Positions 1 to 8,920 of a stretch of 64,000 nucleotides of DNA are shown one piece after another (positions within the stretch are counted from its first letter, which is position 1; each line of letters opens with the position of its first letter). Under the pieces are notes generated by a model that saw only the letters and a program-made list of their open reading frames with translations, had not been told where the DNA came from and ran no database searches. The position numbers were made by a program, and so were the translations under genes. This DNA comes from Bacteroidota bacterium (lineage in GTDB: Bacteria > Bacteroidota > Bacteroidia > Bacteroidales > CAIWKO01): positions 5,021-69,020 of the forward strand of contig JBAXWF010000007.1 in the NCBI GenBank assembly GCA_037128515.1, given 5' to 3'.

Positions 1-91
1 CAGATTGATGTAAGTGCAGTAATTCCACTCTCCATTTTACATGACAATTTAAATTGAATTAAATCATTTTTTCTCAAAAAAATAATTACCT

Positions 92-499
92 ATGCCAAAT
101 TATAAGTTTAAAAATATGGAGGTATTTTCATCGGAAGAATGGATGATAAACGCATCAAAAAAATACACTACCGTATTTGACAAATCAGAAATAACCTACA
201 CTTGGACAGAATTTTCGTTTTATAACAAATTATTTGATGAAATAGAATGCACTGCAGAAATAAGTTTAAAATCCTTTGCTTGTAATGGCTCGAGAAAAGA
301 TGCATTGTGTAGCCTCGATTCGGACCAAGTAATGAAACCGAAGGATAATAATATTGTAATACACGATGGTTGGGGAAGCAAAAAACCGGGATCGTGGAAA
401 GATGAAGTGTACTGGATTGATAATGTATTTATGGATACACTTATTACCAGCATCCCTTTTTTTATGGGCGATGAAGAATTGAAGGAGTTGCTAAATTAA
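92..499 (+). CDS. hypothetical protein; resembles the N-terminal domain found in front of Bacteroidota AAA+ ATPases
   Basis: 135-aa ORF ending at a TAA 50 nt before an AAA+ C-terminal fragment that lies in another frame. No catalytic motif seen. Confidence 0.4.
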   Translation: MPNYKFKNMEVFSSEEWMINASKKYTTVFDKSEITYTWTEFSFYNKLFDEIECTAEISLKSFACNGSRKDALCSLDSDQVMKPKDNNIVIHDGWGSKKPGSWKDEVYWIDNVFMDTLITSIPFFMGDEELKELLN

Positions 500-549
500 C
501 TGAAACAAATCATACCAAAACAATTGAGAAACCGGCTAAAACAGCTGAA

Positions 550-1053
550 TTGGATGAAACGCTTGAAGATTTAATGAAAAATATGGAAGATATGCGAGGT
601 GAAATCGCCAGTATTGTAGCCGGATACCCAGATAACATGCATGAGTTTTTGGAATCGAATCCGTGTTTTAAATTTAGAATTAACGAAACATATTTTTTTA
701 ATGATTTCGCTGCTGAACAACTTAACGAAATTGCTTTAGGTTCACTTAATATAGAAAACCTAGTACCTGATGAACTAGCGAATATTCATATGAAGCAATA
801 TTTTACTTTTTTGTTCGAAACCAAGGACACGTTTTTTGGTAATGCTAGAACTGTTACAAATTTTGTTGAAGAAACAGAGAAAAACCAACAATTACGCATG
901 GCCGAAATAAATGTTACAGACCATTCTAAACAAATGATGGAGGCATTGAATTTAAAAGATGTAGAGGAATTTAGGATTAAAAGCGGATTGCAACAGTGCA
1001 ACTCGGAAATCGGATTCAAACTAACATCAAACGAACATCAAACTGACAATTAG
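550..1053 (+). pseudogene. SpoVK/CbxX-type AAA+ ATPase fragment (post-Walker-B region plus lid domain; P-loop core missing)
   Basis: LMKNMEDMRGEIASIVAGYPDNMHEFLESNPCFKFR and FGNARTVTNFVEE match the AAA+ sensor/lid consensus (MED..R..vvi.AGY..M..Fl.sNPGl.SR; GNAR.vrn). No GxxGxGKT or Walker B anywhere upstream. TTG start only. Confidence 0.45.
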
Positions 1054-1054
1054 C

Positions 1055-1978
1055 GTGACAGATTTCAAAAATATAAAAGATTTTTTTGCATTTACTAAAA
1101 GTGAACGAATAGGACTGATAACACTCAGTACACTTATTTTTCTTGTTATTTTGTTTGATATTTTTATGCCTTTTTTTATTTCGAAAAAAAAATACGATTA
1201 CACGCAATTTGATAAAGAAGTAAAATCATTTTTAATGACTCAAAAAATCGTTTCGGAAAATACTTCGTACAATAGAAAAGAAGAATTCGACATTTACGAT
1301 GCGAATAACACAAAAAATGATCAAAAACTAAATCCTTTTCCATTTGATCCAAACACAATTACCCTTGAAGAATTACAAGAATTAGGACTGACAACAAGGC
1401 AAATTACTACTTTAATGAATTATCGAAATAAAGGTGGTAAGTATTATAAAAAAAAAGACTTTAAAAAAATGTATTGTATCTCTGAAAAAGAATATTCGAT
1501 ACTTGAGCCATTCATTGAAATAAAATTAATTCCAAAAACTTTTGAATCGTATGATAAAAAAAAGGAGATTGATGTTCCTGTTGTGGTTGAATTAAATTCT
1601 GCATCTGAAGAAGAACTTCTTAAGATAAAAGGAATAGGTCCTTATTTTGCCGACAAAATTATTAAATACCGAATACTTTTAGGTGGGTATTATCAAATTA
1701 GTCAAATACTTGAAATACCGAAAATGGATAGTCTAAAATTTAAAGCTATAGAAGCCTTCATCAATGTTAACCCAATTGCAATTCGAAAAATCAATGTAAA
1801 TTCTGCTAGTTTTGGCGATTTAAAAGAACATCCATATATTGGTTACAATATAGCACTATCATTAGTAAATTATAGGACCAAGCATGGAAAATATGATCAA
1901 CTTATAGATATTAAATCATCTGCACTAGTCAGTGAAAAGGTTTTTAATAAAATATCACACTATTTAAGAGTAGATTAG
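1055..1978 (+). CDS. ComEA-like helix-hairpin-helix DNA-binding protein with N-terminal membrane anchor
   Basis: Repeated HhH modules (ELNSASEEELLKIKGIGPYFADKIIKYR; INVNSASFGDLKEHPYIGYNIALSLVNYR) and an N-terminal hydrophobic helix. GTG start. Confidence 0.7.
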   Translation: MTDFKNIKDFFAFTKSERIGLITLSTLIFLVILFDIFMPFFISKKKYDYTQFDKEVKSFLMTQKIVSENTSYNRKEEFDIYDANNTKNDQKLNPFPFDPNTITLEELQELGLTTRQITTLMNYRNKGGKYYKKKDFKKMYCISEKEYSILEPFIEIKLIPKTFESYDKKKEIDVPVVVELNSASEEELLKIKGIGPYFADKIIKYRILLGGYYQISQILEIPKMDSLKFKAIEAFINVNPIAIRKINVNSASFGDLKEHPYIGYNIALSLVNYRTKHGKYDQLIDIKSSALVSEKVFNKISHYLRVD

Positions 1979-2014
1979 CATTTACTAATTATAATCATGA
2001 AATAAAATTCTAAA

Positions 2015-2566
2015 ATGAAAAAAATCATTATGAGTTCATTAGCAATTCTTATAACCATTTCATTTTCTATGGCTCAAAAGCAACAGAAAAAGCTGACAGA
2101 AATTCAATTTAAATGGTACACGATTGAAGAAGCAACAAATTTGTGTAAAACGCATCCAAAGAAGATATTTATTGATATCTACACCGATTGGTGCGGATGG
2201 TGCACAAAAATGACGACTACAACTTTTTCCGACAGTATTATAAAGAGGTATATGGCACTATATTATTATCCAGTAAAATTTAATGCCGAACAAAAAGATA
2301 CGATTGCTTTTAACGGCAATACCTATGTTAATCCAAATCCAAATTCACCACGTTCTAGTCATCAATTGGCAATTTCGCTTCTAAAAGGTCAAATGTCGTA
2401 TCCTTCCTTTATTATTCTAAATGAAAAGCTCGAAATCCTTAATATTATTAAAGGGTATCGGACTTCGAAGGAGTTGGAACCTATTTTACACTATTTTGCC
2501 GAAAACGCTCAAACGAAGATGGTTTTCGAAAAATACGTATTGAATTTTAAAGGGAGTTTCAATTAG
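2015..2566 (+). CDS. secreted thioredoxin-fold protein (CxxC)
   Basis: Signal peptide plus the DWCGWCTKM thioredoxin-type CGWC motif. Confidence 0.7.
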   Translation: MKKIIMSSLAILITISFSMAQKQQKKLTEIQFKWYTIEEATNLCKTHPKKIFIDIYTDWCGWCTKMTTTTFSDSIIKRYMALYYYPVKFNAEQKDTIAFNGNTYVNPNPNSPRSSHQLAISLLKGQMSYPSFIILNEKLEILNIIKGYRTSKELEPILHYFAENAQTKMVFEKYVLNFKGSFN

Positions 2567-2678
2567 TGTCTGCTTTTCATAAAAACATTTGAAATTTAAG
2601 AGCAAATGCAACGCACACGAATTAAAACCGATACAAGTAAGAAAGTGTTTGTTTTATCGATACAAATATCTTTATAAA

Positions 2679-2708
2679 ATAAAAAAGCCTTGACCATAAA
2701 ATCAAGGC
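2679..2708 (-). terminator. Rho-independent terminator downstream of tRNA-His
   Basis: 7-bp stem gccttga/tcaaggc (2687-2708). On the minus strand it is followed by a T-run (A-run 2679-2686 on plus). Confidence 0.6.
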
Positions 2709-2713
2709 AGAGG

Positions 2714-2788
2714 GGAGGAAGATGGGGCTCGAACCCACGACTTTCAGAACCACAATCTGACGCTCTAACCAGCTGAGCTACATCCTCC
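2714..2788 (-). tRNA. tRNA-His (anticodon GTG) with genome-encoded G-1
   Basis: Reverse complement folds as a cloverleaf: GCTC/GAGC D-stem, TCAGA-TTGTGGT-TCTGA anticodon arm (GTG), GTGGG-TTCGAGC-CCCAT T-arm. It has an extra 5' G opposite discriminator C, and no encoded CCA. Confidence 0.9.
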
Positions 2789-2890
2789 GTTTAAAGGAGT
2801 GCAAAATTAAATAATTTTTTATTGAATCGGCAAAAAATAAAAAATAATTTTCGCCTAAGAAATAAGCCGACAATAAAAACGTTTTTGTTT

Positions 2891-2898
2891 TACTTTTG
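2891..2898 (+). promoter_or_regulatory. Bacteroidota -7 promoter box TACTTTTG
   Basis: Exact TAnnTTTG match ending 6 nt before the ATG at 2905. Confidence 0.45.
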
Positions 2899-2904
2899 CA
2901 TAAA

Positions 2905-4065
2905 ATGGCACAACAAAAATTGAACATTCTATTTCTCTCGTCATGGTATCCGACTAGGGTAAAACCCACGAATGGAAATTTTGTTGAGAAACATGCTGAA
3001 GCTGCCGCATTATACTCCAACGTAAATGTGCTTCATGTATGTTTCGACAGCAAGATGATTTCGAAGCAAGAATACGTTTTTGAAGAACATGGTAAACTAA
3101 AAACACATATTTTTTACCTAAGAAAAGCAAAAAATCAAATACCTTTTTTTTCATTTCTCAATAAATCATTACGTGTTCTAAAGGCATACAGAATAGGATT
3201 TACAAAAATTTATGCCGATAAACAACCTGATATCATTCATGCTAACATTCTTGTTCCATGTTCATTGATAGCATTCTATTTTAAATTATTTAAGCACATA
3301 CCTTTCATCATTACCGAACATTGGACAGGATATCTGCCTCAAGACCCAAATAAACCCAACAAATTATTTTTTATTTTTCGCTGTTTTGCGAAAAAAGCAT
3401 CGTGCATTGCTCCTGTTACACAAAATTTAGCTACTGCAATGCGAAACTATAGGATTAAAGGGCACTATAAAATAGTGCCCAATGTAGTTGATACTGATAT
3501 TTTCAAAGAAAAAGTGAATAGAAGAGATTCGGACTTCCATATTTTGCACGTTTCTTCCCTACTTGATGTCCAGAAAAATTTTAGTGGTATATTGGTATCA
3601 TTGCAAAGTATAAAAAACAAACGGGATGATTTTGTTTTAGAAATTATTAGTGATGGTAATTTTGAACAGTATCAACAAAAAATTGAACGACTTGGTCTTG
3701 CTGAACATATTATCTTTCATGGAAAGAAATCGACTTCAGAAGTTGCTGCTATCATGAAATATTGCGACTTTTTATTACTATTCAGCAACTATGAAAATTT
3801 TCCGTGTGTTATTCCAGAAGCGTGGTCTTGCGGTTTACCCGTATTGTCAACTAATGTTGGTGGCATTTCTGAATATTTGAATAAAAAAAACGGGGTACTA
3901 GTAAATCCTCACGATATTGAAGAATTATCCAATGCAATTGAAAAAGTGTTCGATTCAATTCAAGATTATAACAGCAATACTATAAGAACTTATGCATTAA
4001 ACAATTTCAGCTATAATGTGATCGGTTCAGAATTCACATCGATTTATAACCACGTCTTAAAATGA
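2905..4065 (+). CDS. glycosyltransferase family 4 (GT-B, GT1-type C-terminal domain)
   Basis: The EAWSCGLPVLSTNVGGISEYL motif and overall GT4 layout. Start moved from the track TTG (2896) to the ATG at 2905 because the -7 box overlaps the TTG. Confidence 0.8.
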   Translation: MAQQKLNILFLSSWYPTRVKPTNGNFVEKHAEAAALYSNVNVLHVCFDSKMISKQEYVFEEHGKLKTHIFYLRKAKNQIPFFSFLNKSLRVLKAYRIGFTKIYADKQPDIIHANILVPCSLIAFYFKLFKHIPFIITEHWTGYLPQDPNKPNKLFFIFRCFAKKASCIAPVTQNLATAMRNYRIKGHYKIVPNVVDTDIFKEKVNRRDSDFHILHVSSLLDVQKNFSGILVSLQSIKNKRDDFVLEIISDGNFEQYQQKIERLGLAEHIIFHGKKSTSEVAAIMKYCDFLLLFSNYENFPCVIPEAWSCGLPVLSTNVGGISEYLNKKNGVLVNPHDIEELSNAIEKVFDSIQDYNSNTIRTYALNNFSYNVIGSEFTSIYNHVLK

Positions 4066-4071
4066 TAAAAT

Positions 4072-5361
4072 TTGTTTAAAAAAATATTCAAAACATTCGG
4101 TGTTAAATTTTTATCAGCATTATTAAATCTTATGATTGCCGTTATTGTTTCGCAATTTCTGGGTTCAGAGGGAAAAGGCGAACAAGGACTTATAATAACA
4201 ACTATCGCTTTTATCTTAATCTTTTCGAACATCGTGGGTGGGGCATCATTGGTTTATCTCACTCCAAGACTTCCTATAAAAAAACTAGTAATCCTTTCTT
4301 ATTTATGGACTTTGCTTGTAAGTGGAATTTTTGCTATCAGCCTAATAATAATTCCTTTTAATAACATCGACCATGAATATGTGTTGCACATAGCCATTTT
4401 GGCAGCAATAAATTCATTCACTTCAGTAAATTGTTCAATTTTACTTGGGAAAGAAAATATTAAAGCAAATAATATTATCAGCTTTTTTCAGGTACTCATC
4501 ACCGTTGCTAGTCTTTTGGTTTTATTTCTTTCTGATTATCTTGTAAATATCTATGGGTATATTTATTCACTCTATATGGCATACCTTTGTTCTTTTATAT
4601 TAAGTATTGTCTATATACTTCCTTATAAAACTGAGAAAGGAAATAATGAGATGCCTTATTCGAAGGCAATTTCGATGTTGTTTCACTTTGGGTTTTTAAA
4701 TCAACTTTCGCATATTGCCCAATTGGTAAGCTTTAGAGTAAGTTATTATTATTTAGACTCATATATTGGTATTAAATCTGTCGGAATTTATTCTAATGCC
4801 GTTTCAATAATCGAATCTGTCTGGATGATTAGCGGTAGTGTTGCTATTGTTCAATATTCAAAAATTTCAAATTCGGAAAATAAAAAAGAAAATCAGAATC
4901 TTACTATAGATTTGCTTCGATTAAGTTTATTAATAACATTCTTCGTACTAATTCCTGTGGTTTTATTGCCTTCTTCTTTTTATTCATTCGTTTTCGGAAA
5001 AGACTTTTTCGATATTAATCGCATTATGTGGTGCATGGCTCCTGGTATCTTTGTTTTTGTAAATGCACTTATCATCGGTCACTACTTTTCAGGAATTGGA
5101 AAATACCATATAAACACACTTGGATCAACTATTGGATTAATAATTACGGTGGCTTTATCATTCATTATGATTCCTCGCTTTGGTTATCTGGGAGCAGCAA
5201 TCACCGCAAGCATTTCATATTTGGCAACTTCTATCTTCGTTACATGGTATTTTTGCAATGATTCAAAAATTAAGTTTTCAGAATTGTTACCACAACCCAA
5301 ATATATTTCGGGATATTATGCTCTTCTGAAACAATATCTTAAACTCAAAAAAGATGAATAA
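4072..5361 (+). CDS. polysaccharide biosynthesis protein / Wzx-like flippase (MOP superfamily)
   Basis: 429 aa, about 12 predicted hydrophobic helices, located in a glycan locus. TTG start. Confidence 0.7.
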   Translation: MFKKIFKTFGVKFLSALLNLMIAVIVSQFLGSEGKGEQGLIITTIAFILIFSNIVGGASLVYLTPRLPIKKLVILSYLWTLLVSGIFAISLIIIPFNNIDHEYVLHIAILAAINSFTSVNCSILLGKENIKANNIISFFQVLITVASLLVLFLSDYLVNIYGYIYSLYMAYLCSFILSIVYILPYKTEKGNNEMPYSKAISMLFHFGFLNQLSHIAQLVSFRVSYYYLDSYIGIKSVGIYSNAVSIIESVWMISGSVAIVQYSKISNSENKKENQNLTIDLLRLSLLITFFVLIPVVLLPSSFYSFVFGKDFFDINRIMWCMAPGIFVFVNALIIGHYFSGIGKYHINTLGSTIGLIITVALSFIMIPRFGYLGAAITASISYLATSIFVTWYFCNDSKIKFSELLPQPKYISGYYALLKQYLKLKKDE

Positions 5362-6154
5362 ACTTTCAAAGGTAATTATAGCATTTGGGCTGATATTAAG
5401 GAAACCTTATTTACTGAATCTTATAAACGATAATGAGGAAGTGATGAAGGCGTATGTTGTGAAGAAATATCAGTTAGCCGACGGCCTAAATACAGTTAGC
5501 ATCGACCATTTTATAGATAAAGAAGAAGATATTTTCCCCTATAGTTTTTTGGAAGGTTCATCGCTGCCAACAGATTTTACTTTATTAAAGAGTATTTGCA
5601 AAAAAAACTTAGTGGAAGATTATCTCGAAATCGGAACATGGCGAGGCGAAAGTGTAGCAAATGTAGCACCTTATGTTAAAAACTGTTATAGCATTAATTT
5701 ACCCGACAACGATATGCGAAAACTTGGATTCGGTGAGGATTATGTTGGTATGCATCGCTATTTTTCGAAAGATATGCTCAATATAACGCATATACAAGCG
5801 AATTCGCAGACATTTGACTTCAGTTTACTAAATAAAAAATTTGATTTAATATTCCTTGACGGCGATCACCACACTGAATCAATAACAAATGATACACGAA
5901 ATGCTTTCCAGCTTTTAAAAGACGATAATTCAATGATTGTTTGGCACGATTACGGAATGGGAACTGAAACCACTCGTTTTAGTGTACTGGCAGGTATTTT
6001 GGATGGATGTACACCTGAAAATATAAAATATTTATACAAAGTGTCACATTCGCTTTGTGCAATATATACACGAAATGAAATGATTTCACAAATCATAAAA
6101 CCTAATTCTAAACCTGAATTTTCATTCAAAGTAAAAATCTCAATTTCTAAGTAA
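5354..6154 (+). CDS. class I SAM-dependent methyltransferase (O-methyltransferase / Methyltransf_24-like)
   Basis: LEIGTWRGES (motif I-like) and LIFLDGDHHTES. Overlaps the flippase gene by 8 nt. Confidence 0.6.
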   Translation: MNKLSKVIIAFGLILRKPYLLNLINDNEEVMKAYVVKKYQLADGLNTVSIDHFIDKEEDIFPYSFLEGSSLPTDFTLLKSICKKNLVEDYLEIGTWRGESVANVAPYVKNCYSINLPDNDMRKLGFGEDYVGMHRYFSKDMLNITHIQANSQTFDFSLLNKKFDLIFLDGDHHTESITNDTRNAFQLLKDDNSMIVWHDYGMGTETTRFSVLAGILDGCTPENIKYLYKVSHSLCAIYTRNEMISQIIKPNSKPEFSFKVKISISK

Positions 6155-6209
6155 TTTAAAGTATTATAGGAACAAGGATGGTCAAAACAGAAATGAAATA
6201 CAGCTAAGT

Positions 6210-6366
6210 ATGGCCGTTGGAATCGTTAATAAAGAGGACCAGAAGTCTTGAAGAATTAGCTAAGGTATTTGTTCAAAATATTTTAACTAACACACTGTTT
6301 CATCCACACGGTACTAAAGTCCGATTGATTTCAGGAGAAGTTGGTCGTGTACAAATTATTCTCTAA
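6210..6366 (+). pseudogene. frameshifted YwbE-family (DUF2196-like) small protein gene
   Basis: MAVGIVNKEDQKS then TGA at 6249. The conserved C-terminal part continues in the +1 frame: EELAKVFVQNILTNTLFHPHGTKVRLISGEVGRVQIIL*. Confidence 0.5.
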
Positions 6367-6444
6367 TACAAATCTCGACTCATGAAAGCCGCAACACTCA
6401 ATGAACTACTAGCTGAACTTGAAATACTTTAGTATACTCAAGTT

Positions 6445-6765
6445 TTGAATCTATGCATGCAATTGGGAAAGGGTATGTTTGACTTCCGAAAGCTCATGTT
6501 TACAAAAAAGGTATATATGTTTGTGTCGAAGGGGCTCATGCACGAGCAGGGAAAGGGCATGTTTGAGTCGGGAAAGCATAAGTTTGAACTTCCGAGGTAT
6601 GTTTGGCCGGGGAAACCGTATGTTTGGGAAAGGAAACGGTATGTTTGAGTTGGGAAACCTAATGCATGGCGTGGGAAACCTCATGCACGGCCTGGGAAAC
6701 CTCATTCACGGCCGGGATTCCTTATGTTTGGCTTGGGATTCCTTATGTTTACGGGAAGATAGGGT
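6445..6765. repeat. tandem minisatellite A, about 14-15 units, predominantly 21-bp period
   Basis: GGGAAA/GGAAAC cores at 6549, 6570, 6611, 6632, 6653, 6674, 6695 and ATGTTT/ATGCA cores at 6475, 6496, 6517, 6538, 6559. There are 2-3 units with 1-2 nt indels. Confidence 0.9.
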
Positions 6766-6949
6766 GCTGAAGCCTGAGGAAAAGTTCATTTAATTGATTG
6801 AATATTAATGCGCAAACAAATTTTATTAAGAGTCTAAAAGCAATATTTTACGCAAGAAAGCTAAAAGGTAACGAATCGGGAAGATTATTAATTTGGATTA
6901 AGACAGGAATATGAAAGTTATTTGTTTTATTACAAGCAAATAGCAAATT

Positions 6950-7313
6950 GTGAAAAACAGATTAACAGCTTTGTAAAATCTCAAATAAATATAAATCCAG
7001 AAAAGAAGAAATTAAAAAAACAGATAACGAAACGCCTAAGAGAATTAATAAGAACACGGTAAAGAATTTGGATTAAAATCAAGCCTCATATCAATAGTTT
7101 GGAGGAATTGATTTCATGAGAATAGAAGCTCTGAGTTAATCAACTGTTTTGACATTATTGAGTGAAATAGGCCCAAATGGTTTTGCAAAATTTGCTACAG
7201 CAAAACAGTTTACATCCTGGCCAAGATTGGCTACAAACAATAAAATATCAGAAGGCAAAGTCCTAAGCCAAAGCATACCCAGCGGTGATTTTCGTTTAAA
7301 AAATTCTCAGTAA
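6950..7313 (+). mobile_element. IS110-family transposase remnant (C-terminal part, stops and truncation)
   Basis: Translation LLSEIGPNGFAKFATAKQFTSWPRLATNNKISEGKVLSQSIPSGDFRLKN matches the IS110/IS902 C-terminal domain consensus. Upstream frames are broken, and the fragment ends at the helicase gene stop. Confidence 0.5.
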
Positions 7314-8653
7314 CGGGTTTTCCCCGATTTATTATTCTTTTTTATACGTTTCCCGTTCTTTGTAAATTTAGGGTTACGTTTATACGCACTTCCGAGATTT
7401 ATTTTTTTGTTTTTCGCTATTTTTTCATGAAAAGCTCCTTGCGAGTCTTTCAAATCAGGTGGTTTCAAATAGGTTTTATCAAATAAATTCGTAGGTTTTT
7501 CTTCTTCTGTGTAAACTTTCGAAATAATAAGGTTTTCAGGTAAAGCTTCTTGAGGTATTTCTTTCAGCATCATTTTTTCTATTGCAAGCTGATATTCCAG
7601 CTCCCAAGGAGAAATAAACGAAATAGCCCCTCCCACCTTATCGGCTCTTCCTGTCCGGCCTATTCGGTGAATATAATCACCAGATGATTCAGGCATGTCA
7701 AAATTAATAACGTGCATAACATCGCTAATATCCATGCCACGAGCTATAACATCGGTAGCAATTAATATCGTAGTTACACCTTCTTCAAATTGTTTTAATG
7801 CTGTAAATCTAACATTGTGCGACCTGTTCGAATGAATCACACCCACCTGTCCCGGGAATATTTTATCAAAATGGTTATACAATTGATCGGCAATTTTTTT
7901 ATGACCAACAAAAACCAGAACCTTACTAAATTCTATATGCTCATTCATCAACAATTCCAGCAAATTCAACTTGGTGTTGTAATTCGGAACATGATATGCT
8001 TTTTGAAGTATTTTATCTATTGGTGTGCCATGCGGAGCAATTTCTATATAAAAAGGAAGTAGAATGTTTTCTGCAATAAAAGCATGTACATCTTTTGTTA
8101 AAGTTGCTGAAAACATAAGAGTTTGCCGTTTTGCAGGAACCAAATTCAGCAGCTGCGTTAATTCAAACCGAAAACCAAGACCAAACATCTTATCTACTTC
8201 ATCAATCACCAGTTTTTGAATGCTCTTTAAGCGCAAAACTCCTGTTAAGGTCAAATCTGTCAATCTACCGGGTGTCGACACCAAAATATCCACGCCATCA
8301 AAAACCATTTGTTTTTGCGTATTTATATTGGTGCCACCATAAATTCCTTCTGAACGCAACTGCGTATATTTGGTAAGTTTTCTCACTTCATTCAACAGCT
8401 GAACCACCAATTCACGTGTTGGTGCTATAATTAAAACACGAGGATCTTTTTGTTTCGAAGAAACCAATTGTCGAATAATCGGTAAAAGATATGCAAAAGT
8501 TTTTCCGGTACCGGTTTGTGCAATACCAACCACATTTCTGCCTGACATAATTACAGGAAATGCCTGTTTTTGAATAGGTGTTGGATAAATATAATCCAAT
8601 TCGGCCAAAGCCTTTAGTAAAGGAGGGTTTAAATTTAATTCGTCGAAAGTCAA
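7307..8653 (-). CDS. DEAD-box ATP-dependent RNA helicase (RhlE-like)
   Basis: Q motif (TPIQ), AQTGTGKT, DEVD, SAT, HRIGRTGR and a basic C-terminal tail. TTG start. Confidence 0.9.
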   Translation of the reverse strand: MTFDELNLNPPLLKALAELDYIYPTPIQKQAFPVIMSGRNVVGIAQTGTGKTFAYLLPIIRQLVSSKQKDPRVLIIAPTRELVVQLLNEVRKLTKYTQLRSEGIYGGTNINTQKQMVFDGVDILVSTPGRLTDLTLTGVLRLKSIQKLVIDEVDKMFGLGFRFELTQLLNLVPAKRQTLMFSATLTKDVHAFIAENILLPFYIEIAPHGTPIDKILQKAYHVPNYNTKLNLLELLMNEHIEFSKVLVFVGHKKIADQLYNHFDKIFPGQVGVIHSNRSHNVRFTALKQFEEGVTTILIATDVIARGMDISDVMHVINFDMPESSGDYIHRIGRTGRADKVGGAISFISPWELEYQLAIEKMMLKEIPQEALPENLIISKVYTEEEKPTNLFDKTYLKPPDLKDSQGAFHEKIAKNKKINLGSAYKRNPKFTKNGKRIKKNNKSGKTRY

Positions 8654-8675
8654 AATAATGATTTTAAATTCATTG

Positions 8676-8683
8676 CAAAAGTA
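8676..8683 (-). promoter_or_regulatory. -7 promoter box TACTTTTG for the helicase gene
   Basis: Exact TAnnTTTG on the minus strand, about 23 nt upstream of the start. Confidence 0.4.
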
Positions 8684-8823
8684 GTTATAATCTCAATAAG
8701 TCAGTATACTATTTACAGTTCAGATAAACTTAAAATTTGCAAGCTCGAATCCGCAATTAAACTATTATTTATCGATTTTGAATAATATTCACAAAATAAC
8801 TCATATATCTCAATAGTTTGGCG

Positions 8824-8831
8824 TATCTTTG
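8824..8831 (+). promoter_or_regulatory. -7 promoter box TATCTTTG
   Basis: Exact TAnnTTTG about 90 nt upstream of ORF 8921. Confidence 0.3.
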
Positions 8832-8920
8832 CATTCATCAAACTATCCCTTGGGCATAAAGACAAACACATGCACTTTTGCTACGATAAACTTAACTAAA
8901 TATACACAAAAAAACCCACA

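Noticed and set aside
4044-5261. Short internal or antisense ORFs within the flippase gene (4044-4232 minus, 5028-5261 plus), and similar 60-140-aa ORFs inside other long genes throughout the track
   Set aside because: They are nested in or antisense to longer ORFs with clear family features, and there is no independent support.
6445-6793. ORFs of 67, 84 and 104 aa across minisatellite A
   Set aside because: Same artefact: repeat-derived heptads in several frames and on both strands.
2714-7313. tRNA-His-targeted genomic island
   Set aside because: The AT-rich cassette lies on the 5' side of the tRNA (the tRNA 3' end faces 2714 and the thioredoxin-like gene). I saw no integrase gene and no direct repeat of the tRNA 3' end. 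Horizontal origin remains possible, but not by the classic tRNA-3' integration route.
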